Shown here piece by piece: positions 55,708-64,000 of a stretch of DNA of 64,000 nt. The DNA is taken from the IMG/VR virus record IMGVR_UViG_3300022777_000128. The stretch is one strand, 5' to 3'. Every line of letters begins with the position of its first letter. The stretch's first letter is position 1. The notes under the pieces were generated by a model. That model was given only the letters and a program-made list of their open reading frames with translations, was not told the DNA's origin and made no database searches. Made by a program: the position numbers and the translations under genes. This DNA is from a virus.

Positions 55708-56415
55708 CTAAGCAACGACCACGAGGGGACGGACCCCTTTGGCGGCCCGTACTTTCTTCGGGTCGGCCCAATCGGGGTAACCTCCCTCCCTCATCTTCCG
55801 CTTCGCGCCCGCCGACATGTGATCGGCGTGCAGCTTCCGCCGTGGGTGCCACCGGACGTTTTCTTCTCGGTAGCCCTCCCGGAGCCTATCGCCTGCATCG
55901 GGGCCGAGCCACCAGGAGACCGCCTCCAGGTATCGGCTTGCGTATAGGCGGCCATGTCCTGCATGAGGCTTCGGTACGGTCAGGTGGATGAGTTCGTGGA
56001 GGATCGTTCGCTCGCAGCGCCCGAATTTCGGCAGATTGAGGTTTCCGTTTGCCGCATTTCCTTTGGCGTTCGCGCGGCGCGCGCCGCTCCCAGGACGGAG
56101 GACGATGGGACCGCTCCCGTAGCGGCGCTGCCACCACGCCTTCCGTAGGATTTCGACCACCGCGTTGGCGACCTCTTCCATTTCGGAAAAACAACGACCG
56201 TCGGTGACTCGTCGCTGCGCGTCGTAGAGCTTCTGCCGCTGGGAGTCGGTCTCCTTGTTGTCTTTCGTGAGGCGATTGCCCTCCAGGAACCGCGGAAGCT
56301 CCTCAAGCCGATGGCGAGGGTGTGAGTTGTAACTAACCGACCATCCTCGGTCCACGTCCACGCGCCACTTTCCGCGCCCGATTTTTTCGATGGTATGTTC
56401 GACCTGTCTACTCAT
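55708..56415 (-). CDS. SprT-like HExxH zinc metalloprotease
   Basis: TILHELIH..HAGHG. Confidence 0.65.
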   Translation of the reverse strand: MSRQVEHTIEKIGRGKWRVDVDRGWSVSYNSHPRHRLEELPRFLEGNRLTKDNKETDSQRQKLYDAQRRVTDGRCFSEMEEVANAVVEILRKAWWQRRYGSGPIVLRPGSGARRANAKGNAANGNLNLPKFGRCERTILHELIHLTVPKPHAGHGRLYASRYLEAVSWWLGPDAGDRLREGYREENVRWHPRRKLHADHMSAGAKRKMREGGYPDWADPKKVRAAKGVRPLVVVA

Positions 56416-56451
56416 TTGATTGAGGGGTTTTTCCTTGGTATCGATGCACTT

Positions 56452-56470
56452 ATTATACGTGCTTTAATGT
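56452..56470 (-). promoter_or_regulatory. Promoter motif ACATTAAAGCACGTATAAT
   Basis: TATAAT 37 nt upstream of the start at 56415. Confidence 0.5.
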
Positions 56471-56630
56471 CATGTGTTCCGACACCTTGTCACGTGCATT
56501 GATGTGCTATCGATGTGCATTCCCTCAACAGGCGCCTACAAACACAGAAAGCCCCCTCCCTGGAGGCCGGGACAGGAAGGGGGCGCAAAGCGGCCAGGAG
56601 CCGCCTTGGGTCAAAATGACGGATTCTGGC

Positions 56631-58187
56631 CTACAGGAGGTTTGCGCTGTCGATGATGTTGTTGGCCACCTTTTTCGAGACGCCGATGCTCTCGGTAAGC
56701 TCGTCGGCGGTAGCATGGGCCACGTGGGAGGCCATTTCATACCCGGCTTCACGGAGGGACTCGGCCCGCGCGGGGCCGACGCCGGAGATCGCCTCCAGGT
56801 CGACGTTCTCTGTGTCTTCCTCGGTTTTCGCATCGTCAACCTCGACGCTCGGAAACTCGTCGATGAGCGCCTCGGCGAGGGTTTTCTCCGCGCCGACGCG
56901 CCGAATGTCCCCGTGCCAGACGCCGTACTCCGAGGCCCGCCGGGTCGTCTTCACCAGCAGGGTCGGGGAGTCGCCCTTGCGGAGGTACTCTTCGGCAAAC
57001 TGCTTGTGCGCCTGTCCTTCCTGGAACTCCTCGCTCTCCTCCTCGACGAAGAAGATTTCGGCGGTGTCTACCCCCGCAACTTGGACGCGCACCTGCTGTT
57101 GCGTATGGAATCCGAGATCGGCAATCACGTCGACGGTATCCCCGTCGATTACCTCTTCGAGAGTCGCTTCGTAAACGTAGAGGTCGGCGTTATCCATTGT
57201 GGGGGGTTTGGAAGATTCGCGGTCTGGTTGGTCGTTGAAGTCCTGGTTAGGGGTGTCCGTGTCGGGCGGCTCTTCCTGCACTGGGGGCTCTTCTTCGGGC
57301 GGCTCGGCGAAGAGGTCCTTTGGGAGCTTGAGCACGCCTGCGCCGTCTCTGGGCGTGCCCTCAATGTCTTCGGCCCCATCGATGAGGCGCTGGTCCCAGT
57401 CGGAGCGCTCGACGGCAAGGACGGTCGCGTAGGCTGCCGTAGCGACGGGCGCGGCAAACGAAGTCCCGCTTCCCTTTACAAACTGCTGGTCGACCGGTTG
57501 CCCAAAGTCGGTTCGCGGGGTGCGGGCCATTTTTACATTCACACCCACCGTTGCCACGTCTGGATTGCCCTGTTCGGGGTCAAAGCTCGAAAACCGGGCA
57601 GGCGTGCCGTCTTCGGTAAGCGCCCCCGCGCTGAACGCGACGCCGGAGGTGGCCGGAGAGCCGCCGTCAGTCCCGGTGTTGCCCGCGGCCACTACGTCGT
57701 GTACGCCCGGGCCGGTGAGCCGCTCGTGTAGCTGGTTGATCTGCATCACATTGCGGCGAGCGCCCCACGACATATTTACGATGTCGATCTCGCCTGCCCG
57801 GTCGATCACCCATTCGTATGCGCGGCGAATCACGTTGAATCCTGTCCGGGCATCGGACCCGAAAATCCGCACGTCGACAAACTCAACCGTGGGAGCCAAA
57901 CGAGCGATGATGCTTGCAACGCCGGTGCCGTGCCCCACCTTATCGCGGGGCTCCCCTCCTCCGGCTGCGTCGTAGCGCCCAACGATTTCGGCCCCTTCGA
58001 ACCACGGGTGGTTTGACACCACGCTCGGGTGGATCCCCGAATCCATCACCGCCACAGTGACAGGTTCTGTGTCAGGAAGACGGTCCGGCCAACTGTGAAG
58101 GGCGGCCACCTCTTCTGGCAGAGCCACGTCCTCTGCGTTGGCAGAAATAAGCTCCGGGTCTGTGCGGTCCCGAACGTCGATTTGCAT
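56631..58187 (-). CDS. S8 subtilase fused to an SNase-like domain and a helix-hairpin-helix domain
   Basis: VMDSGI, GHGTGVAS, VAAGN and GTSFAAP; then VIDGDT..GVDTAE; then LEAISGVGPARAESLREAG. ATG 58187. Confidence 0.85.
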   Translation of the reverse strand: MQIDVRDRTDPELISANAEDVALPEEVAALHSWPDRLPDTEPVTVAVMDSGIHPSVVSNHPWFEGAEIVGRYDAAGGGEPRDKVGHGTGVASIIARLAPTVEFVDVRIFGSDARTGFNVIRRAYEWVIDRAGEIDIVNMSWGARRNVMQINQLHERLTGPGVHDVVAAGNTGTDGGSPATSGVAFSAGALTEDGTPARFSSFDPEQGNPDVATVGVNVKMARTPRTDFGQPVDQQFVKGSGTSFAAPVATAAYATVLAVERSDWDQRLIDGAEDIEGTPRDGAGVLKLPKDLFAEPPEEEPPVQEEPPDTDTPNQDFNDQPDRESSKPPTMDNADLYVYEATLEEVIDGDTVDVIADLGFHTQQQVRVQVAGVDTAEIFFVEEESEEFQEGQAHKQFAEEYLRKGDSPTLLVKTTRRASEYGVWHGDIRRVGAEKTLAEALIDEFPSVEVDDAKTEEDTENVDLEAISGVGPARAESLREAGYEMASHVAHATADELTESIGVSKKVANNIIDSANLL

Positions 58188-58234
58188 AACTAAAGTGGTT
58201 GGTAATTTAATTGAAGGGCGGGGCGGCAAAGAAG

Positions 58235-59578
58235 TTACCCGAGCGCTCTGGGTACACCAATATCGATATTCTGGTCTTCGGGGTCACCAGACGCTCCCGT
58301 ACTATAAAGGTGACGCCACTGCAAAGCCCCAGTTTTGTCATGCTTCATAACGCTCGCCGCTGACTCTCTATCGAAGCTTTCATTTTCGAATGTTATGAAA
58401 AAGTCTGAATAGAAGTTCCCTTTTTCATCAAAGTCAATGCCGAATTGAAAGCCTTCCACATCACTCTCTCTTGGTACAATACTAACTGGAGGATCTTCTT
58501 GTATATTTGCGATTACATTACCATCAAAATCAAGCCAGTAAACCAAAGCGTTTGCATCTTGATCTGTGTTATAAACATCAAACTCATCAAGACGATAATT
58601 GTGGCTTACTGCAATAATTTCATGATTCGGCGCAACTGCTACCCTGGATAAGTTAAGGTCCGCTTCGTTCCCCGGGATTACTGACCATAGTTGGTTCCCT
58701 TCAGAATCGTAAGCAATTACATTCCCAGGAAAAGAGTTACTTTCAGCAACTACAATCAGACTGCCGCCATTCCTCCCCCCAACCGCTTCTACCTGAGTAC
58801 CAGCCGTAAACCGTGTTGAGCCGTCCGGCTCAATAACTCGAAGATTTTTAAGTTTTCGGCCAAGAGCAACCCCTCCATCCTCCAGTGGAATGATTTTCTG
58901 AACTGCTTCATCGAGACCGCTTGCAATCGTGTTTACTAATTCGCCGTCCTGCGACAGCTTTTCAACCTTGCCGCTTTGGTCAGCATAGTATATAAAATTG
59001 TCCGTCCCGACGCTAAGTGCTCTCGTATTCCCGCCCGGTCGCGTGCTCTCCCAGAGTTGGTTCTGGAACGAATCAAACGCTCGGATGCGATTCTCCATCC
59101 CGACCACAACCATATTGTTGTCAAGCGCCGAAAGGGCACCGAACCCCGCATCAGTTAGGCTCTGTGTGAATTGCGGGGTGTCCCCTTCCGCGCGGTATTT
59201 TCGCAGTTCGTTGTTTCTTCGGTGCCAGATGTGAGGAGCCGCAGCCTCGGAAGGGCGCACGTTCAGCGTCGTGAGCACAGTCTGAGAGGCCGCTGACGGG
59301 TCAGACACTTTCACCTCAAACTCGTACACAGTTCTGTTGGTGAGTCCAGACGTATCTGCCTCGACTGTGACTATAAGCTCAGACGCACCGCTTGAAAGCG
59401 TCTGGGAACTCGTCGAGAATGAAAGCCAGGAGGGCGCTCGGTCTGCGCCTGACTGGTCAGCGCCGTCGACTGCGTTGAGTTCAACGAAGTCTACGGTGAG
59501 AGTGTCTCCATCGCCGTCAACAAACCTCTCGTCGAACTCCAGTACGTCATTTGCAGTCGGGCTGAGCGTGCGAGCCAT
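58235..59578 (-). CDS. Ig-like plus beta-propeller protein (spike/receptor-binding candidate)
   Basis: N-terminal D.DGDTLT..PSWLSF Ig-like unit, then repeated blades ending ..G..LW. The central part is lower in GC. Confidence 0.65.
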   Translation of the reverse strand: MARTLSPTANDVLEFDERFVDGDGDTLTVDFVELNAVDGADQSGADRAPSWLSFSTSSQTLSSGASELIVTVEADTSGLTNRTVYEFEVKVSDPSAASQTVLTTLNVRPSEAAAPHIWHRRNNELRKYRAEGDTPQFTQSLTDAGFGALSALDNNMVVVGMENRIRAFDSFQNQLWESTRPGGNTRALSVGTDNFIYYADQSGKVEKLSQDGELVNTIASGLDEAVQKIIPLEDGGVALGRKLKNLRVIEPDGSTRFTAGTQVEAVGGRNGGSLIVVAESNSFPGNVIAYDSEGNQLWSVIPGNEADLNLSRVAVAPNHEIIAVSHNYRLDEFDVYNTDQDANALVYWLDFDGNVIANIQEDPPVSIVPRESDVEGFQFGIDFDEKGNFYSDFFITFENESFDRESAASVMKHDKTGALQWRHLYSTGASGDPEDQNIDIGVPRALG

Positions 59579-59606
59579 ATCTAAAGAGGGCCTATTTGAA
59601 AGCTAC

Positions 59607-61634
59607 TTACGTGCGAAGCTCAACGAGTTCAAGGGTGGCGGGATCAATTCCAAACACGACGCTGCCGTCAGTTTTCCCAGTAGAAACGAGTGATGGGATC
59701 GCCGAGTCAACTGTGAGCCCCGAAACCCCTGACCCCAACTTCCCAAGAACTTCGCTATCGTCGGTCGAATCGTCCCCCAAAAATGCCCCACGATCTGCCC
59801 AGTGAATTGTGGCGACCTCGTTTAGGGACGAGAAACTCCTTGAGTCCGTCTGTGAGGCAGACTGTAGGTCGTCGGTAGTGGAGAGGGCAAACTCACGAAC
59901 AGTTGTCGCAGACGGGTCGGCCATGTACGCCTTGTCTCCCGTCTCTCCCCACGAAAGAACGGCATCGGTTGGTTGGTTGGTAAGCGTAAAGGTCGCGTTC
60001 TGAGACGCCGTGTCAACTTCGTAGGGCGTGCTCAGCGTAAATTCGACAAACTGCTGGTTGTCAGAGTCGAAGACCCACAGGGTAGACCCGTTGCTCGACA
60101 TAAGCATTCCCGACGGGGTAAACCCAGGAGAGAACGTCTTCGTTTGGGAGGCAGAGGAAGCATCGAAGGCAGTCGACAGGTCCCATTGGTAGATCGTCGG
60201 GCCGTTCGTATCTGCAACGTAGTACCGGCTCCCCCCGTCGGCAAGCACAGCGGAGCTAAAGCCACCGATAGTTCCGCTAATATCGAGGCGCTGTATTTCA
60301 GAAAACGCGCCTGCCGAAAGAGTGTCGACCCGCCACTCTGTGATTTCCTTCTGGTCGGCTAACGGGGCAGCATTCGTCGTGATAACCTCCGACGCCGTAG
60401 GCCAGACAAGACGCCCAGAGGCTACTAATGTATGGTTTGAAATGTCAGAATACGGCGCGTAGAAAAGCTGCTTTTCCCGATGAAAGTAAATCCGACTCGC
60501 CTGTGGTACGACCGTAATGCCATACACATCGTTGGAGGTCGCGCCGAAATCATGCGTCTGGTCTACCGACATGTCCGAGAGGTTCCGCTTCACAAGCTCT
60601 TTGCCAGCAGTTTCGGTCGCAAACACCCAGCCGTTGCCTGCATCAACGTCGACGGCATGAACCGTTCCAGTCTCAATTCTCTCTGATACGCCTGCATCCG
60701 GACTGGTCAGTGTAGTTTTGATAAGGCTGTAGTTAGAGAGAAGTGTGTCTGCAAGCCCCCCAACGATCAAAGTATCAGACGGCTCGTCAATAGCAATATC
60801 GAGGCCACGAATATGAGGCTGACCGCTGTCTTCTCCTCCGTAATTGTCGGACAGCTTCGAGACGCCGCCGCCCTGATAGTCCATCACATACAACCCACCG
60901 TCCCCAAACTGTTCGTCAACGTCACCTCCCCCACCTCCCCCCTCTAAGAAATAGATTTGTTTGTTTACCTCGTCAATATCTTGAGCCACTACACCGGTTC
61001 GCAAGGTCGACTCCCCCCCGCCAACCTCACGCCTCACCAGCTTCGGTGCATAATACCGCTCTCCTGAAAAAAGACCCTCTTGGGGCCGCCGAGTAAAAGC
61101 AATCGCTTGCTCGGCATCAACGCTCAGTGCGGCGGTAAACTGCTCCCAAAACTCTTGGTCCGAAAACGGTTTGAGGTCCCTCTCATCTTGAAAGTAGTTG
61201 TACCCCGTCAGCTTATAGGGGTCGGTTCCCGCCGGAACGTCTCGCGCAATCGAGACCTGAGCATCAAAGTCCAGGTAATGAAGACGCCACGTCCCGCCGG
61301 AGGTAAGATCGTCTACAGTAAAGTTGAACTCGTGTGTGGCCTGAACAGTCCCATCCGTTGCGGTAATCTCCAACTGGAAGGACTGGATGCCTCCAAGGCG
61401 GAGGGCAGTAATGTCCAGTGTAATGTCGACTGGCTTTTGGACGCGCCCATTCACGACCTTTTGCGAGACAGGGGTAAAGCTGACCCACGAAGGCTGACTT
61501 CCCGGCACGGACCCGTCCACAAGAGACACCCTCGTATCCGTGATGGATACGGTATCGGTCGGGTCCGAGTCGAATATATTTCGGCGAACCGTTTTCTTGG
61601 TGTTCGACGGGTTGGCCGACTCTAAAATAGCCAT
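59607..61634 (-). CDS. Ig-like plus beta-propeller protein (spike candidate)
   Basis: PSWVSF unit related to the neighbour, and YQWDLSTAFD/VEFTLSTPYE/REFALSTTDD blade repeats. Confidence 0.7.
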   Translation of the reverse strand: MAILESANPSNTKKTVRRNIFDSDPTDTVSITDTRVSLVDGSVPGSQPSWVSFTPVSQKVVNGRVQKPVDITLDITALRLGGIQSFQLEITATDGTVQATHEFNFTVDDLTSGGTWRLHYLDFDAQVSIARDVPAGTDPYKLTGYNYFQDERDLKPFSDQEFWEQFTAALSVDAEQAIAFTRRPQEGLFSGERYYAPKLVRREVGGGESTLRTGVVAQDIDEVNKQIYFLEGGGGGGDVDEQFGDGGLYVMDYQGGGVSKLSDNYGGEDSGQPHIRGLDIAIDEPSDTLIVGGLADTLLSNYSLIKTTLTSPDAGVSERIETGTVHAVDVDAGNGWVFATETAGKELVKRNLSDMSVDQTHDFGATSNDVYGITVVPQASRIYFHREKQLFYAPYSDISNHTLVASGRLVWPTASEVITTNAAPLADQKEITEWRVDTLSAGAFSEIQRLDISGTIGGFSSAVLADGGSRYYVADTNGPTIYQWDLSTAFDASSASQTKTFSPGFTPSGMLMSSNGSTLWVFDSDNQQFVEFTLSTPYEVDTASQNATFTLTNQPTDAVLSWGETGDKAYMADPSATTVREFALSTTDDLQSASQTDSRSFSSLNEVATIHWADRGAFLGDDSTDDSEVLGKLGSGVSGLTVDSAIPSLVSTGKTDGSVVFGIDPATLELVELRT

Positions 61635-61646
61635 ATCACAACTGAT

Positions 61647-61910
61647 TTATTGGACCTGTAGAACCGTGCTCTTCTCAGTGCCAGAGGTAAAAGTGGGCGT
61701 ACCTACTTGCCCAACCTGGAAAGAGGTTTTTACTTCTGCGGTATCCCTTGTGGGAGCGGTCCCCACACGACGAATCGACGTGATGGAGAGACCTGCGTTC
61801 GGCGAAATATAAGGGACCCTCTGCCACCTCAGAAGCAGCCGCCGGACCACGGATTGCACCCCGGACTTGGGCGGAATCGTAATAATTCGCTGTACTGCCC
61901 ACCTTGGCAT
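61647..61910 (-). CDS. Small basic protein
   Basis: ATG 8 nt after the upstream stop. Fills the gap exactly. Confidence 0.45.
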   Translation of the reverse strand: MPRWAVQRIITIPPKSGVQSVVRRLLLRWQRVPYISPNAGLSITSIRRVGTAPTRDTAEVKTSFQVGQVGTPTFTSGTEKSTVLQVQ

Positions 61911-61918
61911 GAAAGCAG

Positions 61919-62485
61919 TTAAAATATCTCAAAGTTATCGAACCACATTTCGACCCTTGCGTCGCTTAACCCACCTGCATAAGACTTTACTTCAAAATGG
62001 TCGACACCATTTGATCTCGTAAGATTGCCAGAGCCAGTTTTTATAAATCCATCTGATGTTCGCTCCCATTCATAAGTGTATGTGCCCGCCTGCCAGTCGA
62101 AGCTGACTAATACACGATGCCAAACGTCGTACACTCCGTCCCCATCGAAAATTTCACGTCGTCCATTTCCGTCCTCAAAAACCCATTGAGGATTATCTGT
62201 TGCTGTAATTAGTTGCTCGTTAAAGTTTGAGTCTTCAAATAAAATAGCCCCACCATTACTACTACTTGTTTCTTGGTAGTAGAACTCAAATGAAGCCAGT
62301 TTTTTGTTTTCATTAAAATTGACCCTCCCGTATGCATTATCTTCAAAATCATCGTCAGCATGTGCGGAGAATTGACCCTCAAACGACCTTGCATCGTCAG
62401 CGAAAAATGAAACTCTAAATCCTGGCTCGAATGGGTCTATAGATTCATCCTCAAATCCCTCAATGAGAAGTGCCTTTTTTTGTAT
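61919..62485 (-). CDS. Start-less low-GC lectin-like module, +1 frame continuation of the upstream gene
   Basis: Read codon by codon with no stop from 62485 to 61919 (KKALLIEGFEDES..WFDNFEIF). No ATG/GTG/TTG before 62134. Confidence 0.7.
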   Translation of the reverse strand: MQKKALLIEGFEDESIDPFEPGFRVSFFADDARSFEGQFSAHADDDFEDNAYGRVNFNENKKLASFEFYYQETSSSNGGAILFEDSNFNEQLITATDNPQWVFEDGNGRREIFDGDGVYDVWHRVLVSFDWQAGTYTYEWERTSDGFIKTGSGNLTRSNGVDHFEVKSYAGGLSDARVEMWFDNFEIF

Positions 62486-64000
62486 TTAGCGGTGTGGGTG
62501 CCGAGGTTAGAATTTTATCTCCGTCCCCGTCTTTCAACCGAGCCTTATAAAAGTATGTCGTGTCGGAGGAAAGCGACCCGTCGGTGAACTGGTTTTGCTG
62601 TGAGGCCGGGCTGAACGTATGCGTTTTAGAGTACCCGGACCTCTCGTATTGGGACCTCAGAATGTCAACCTCTGAAATGCCGTTCGCCGATGCAAGGGCG
62701 AGACTAACGTCAATTGAGGTCTTTGTTTCTGCTGTCTGGGAGAGGTGCAGTCCGACGGTTTCAAGCTCCGGCGTGGTGAAGTTTAGTTGTTGACCGGTCC
62801 CATCCAGCAAGGAGGTTCTGTAGTACAAGTTCTGCGGGGAGTCAAATGGGCCGTCAGTAATTGTTTTCTGGTCCGCGTCTGCGGGGATAATTCCTACTTC
62901 CGAAAAAGGGCCGTTCGGATTATCGGCGGACTCAAGTTTTATCGTGGAGTAGTCTCCGCTGTTTGCCAAAGTAAGGGTCACTTCAACATTTTCTGCGTTG
63001 GGGGTCGTGACCACAGACTGTAACACAGGGGACACATTCACGTCTTCGGTCGCCTCTCCTTCCATCACCTTTGCGTAATAGACCTCTCCGTCGAACCCGT
63101 CCGCCCGGACATTGCCGGGGACCTCTCGCAACGAGCTATGCGTCCCGGCAATGCCTCCGGTATTCCCTCCGGCAATCTGGCCTTCTGTGAAGGTATCGTA
63201 CCCGACCGCCTCGCCGTTTATATAGAGAACCGCGAAGTCAGTATCGGCAGAGGCGCTCCACTCAATTGCTATAAGGTCTGCGACGGGAATTGGGACCGCA
63301 ATCCAGGCAGTCGCCCCCGAAGAACTGGTTCCCGATCCGTCACCGAGCCCGAGGTAAAGCCTCTCTCCATCGGTGAAGAGTGCCATGCCATCGCCGGAAG
63401 CACCCGACTCCATTATGATCCCCGAGTCTCCAGCACTGATCTTGACAAAAACCTGAGCGCTTGCAACCGTAACTGACGAAAGGTCTGAATAATCAATCGC
63501 CGGATCAGACCACAGGTTGTCAGTTGTCAGGGCACCGGTCACGTCGTCATATATTTTCACCGGGAATGGGCCTTGTTCATCTCGGTTTGGGAACGGAATT
63601 TCCTCCAGGATGATCTTGAAAAAGAAATCCCCCCTGGGCAGATTCTCTACTGAGAATGTCGGCGAAAGCCCTGCGCTTTTTCCTTTGCGGTCTACCTCCG
63701 CAAAGTTGCCCTCAGCGGACTGCGCTTGGTCCAGCACAAAGGCAGTTAGACCCGACACGTCGAAAACCGTGAGATCGAAGGTGATAGAAGTGCCGGACTG
63801 CGAAATACCAATCTCCAGTTGCGGGTCAAGTCCAGGCTTCGAGTCCTCAATCACAACCGGGTACCGAACATCACCCGACACGACCTGGGTAAAGTCGCCT
63901 CCAAGGGCGTAGCTTGTTTTCTGGATTCCATTGAGCGAAGAATGAGCGAGGTAAATCTGTTTTTCGCCAGGAGCAAAGTCCAACCCATATATCGAACCGG
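62460..64000 (-). CDS. Large modular spike-like protein (FN3/LamG-like), 5' end outside the window
   Basis: Repeated beta-sandwich units ending ..YFYK/YYR and a LamG-like AVLYINGE..G segment. Frame is open at the window end. Confidence 0.7.
   Translation of the reverse strand, partial: GSIYGLDFAPGEKQIYLAHSSLNGIQKTSYALGGDFTQVVSGDVRYPVVIEDSKPGLDPQLEIGISQSGTSITFDLTVFDVSGLTAFVLDQAQSAEGNFAEVDRKGKSAGLSPTFSVENLPRGDFFFKIILEEIPFPNRDEQGPFPVKIYDDVTGALTTDNLWSDPAIDYSDLSSVTVASAQVFVKISAGDSGIIMESGASGDGMALFTDGERLYLGLGDGSGTSSSGATAWIAVPIPVADLIAIEWSASADTDFAVLYINGEAVGYDTFTEGQIAGGNTGGIAGTHSSLREVPGNVRADGFDGEVYYAKVMEGEATEDVNVSPVLQSVVTTPNAENVEVTLTLANSGDYSTIKLESADNPNGPFSEVGIIPADADQKTITDGPFDSPQNLYYRTSLLDGTGQQLNFTTPELETVGLHLSQTAETKTSIDVSLALASANGISEVDILRSQYERSGYSKTHTFSPASQQNQFTDGSLSSDTTYFYKARLKDGDGDKILTSAPTPLNTKKGTSH

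Noticed and set aside
56472-57731. Long antisense ORFs, also 45579-46682, 7228-8205, 43335-44516 and the ORFs across the array (29002-30234)
   Set aside because: These are shadows of GC3-biased genes or of repeats. They have no motifs and atypical composition.
58235-64000. Diversity-generating retroelement acting on the spike-like genes
   Set aside because: No reverse transcriptase and no adenine-mismatched TR/VR repeat pair were seen.

Overview
The window looks like a continuous segment of one viral genome that runs off both ends. It is GC-rich and encodes very acidic proteins. Host clues point to a salt-adapted diderm bacterium, possibly Salinibacter/Rhodothermota-like (inference): a bacterial DnaG core, a CHAP endolysin, a lipoprotein, TATAAT promoters and few obvious Shine-Dalgarno motifs. 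No terminase, portal or tail genes were recognised. Instead there are two paralogous single-jelly-roll-like proteins, one tandem (double) beta-sandwich protein and about 15 membrane-anchored Gly-rich proteins, which suggests a large tailless virus with an internal membrane. Layout: + strand structural and lysis block (1-15.8 kb); mostly - strand early/accessory region (15.8-56.4 kb) interrupted by + strand structural islands; - strand protease and spike-like genes (56.6-64 kb). The most notable locus is a TnpB homologue with all three RuvC catalytic residues substituted (28158-29372). It has a 17-unit, type I-E-like degenerate CRISPR array on one side and a 4-unit mini-array on the other, and no cas genes. 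The conserved repeat core recurs inside a tRNA-like RNA 25 kb away and in a divergent promoter region. Other oddities are two tRNA scaffolds with enlarged anticodon arms, a split primase, a subtilase-SNase-HhH fusion, an FG-repeat membrane protein and an A7 frameshift joining a low-GC module to a spike-like gene. All family calls come from motif recognition by eye; no searches were run.
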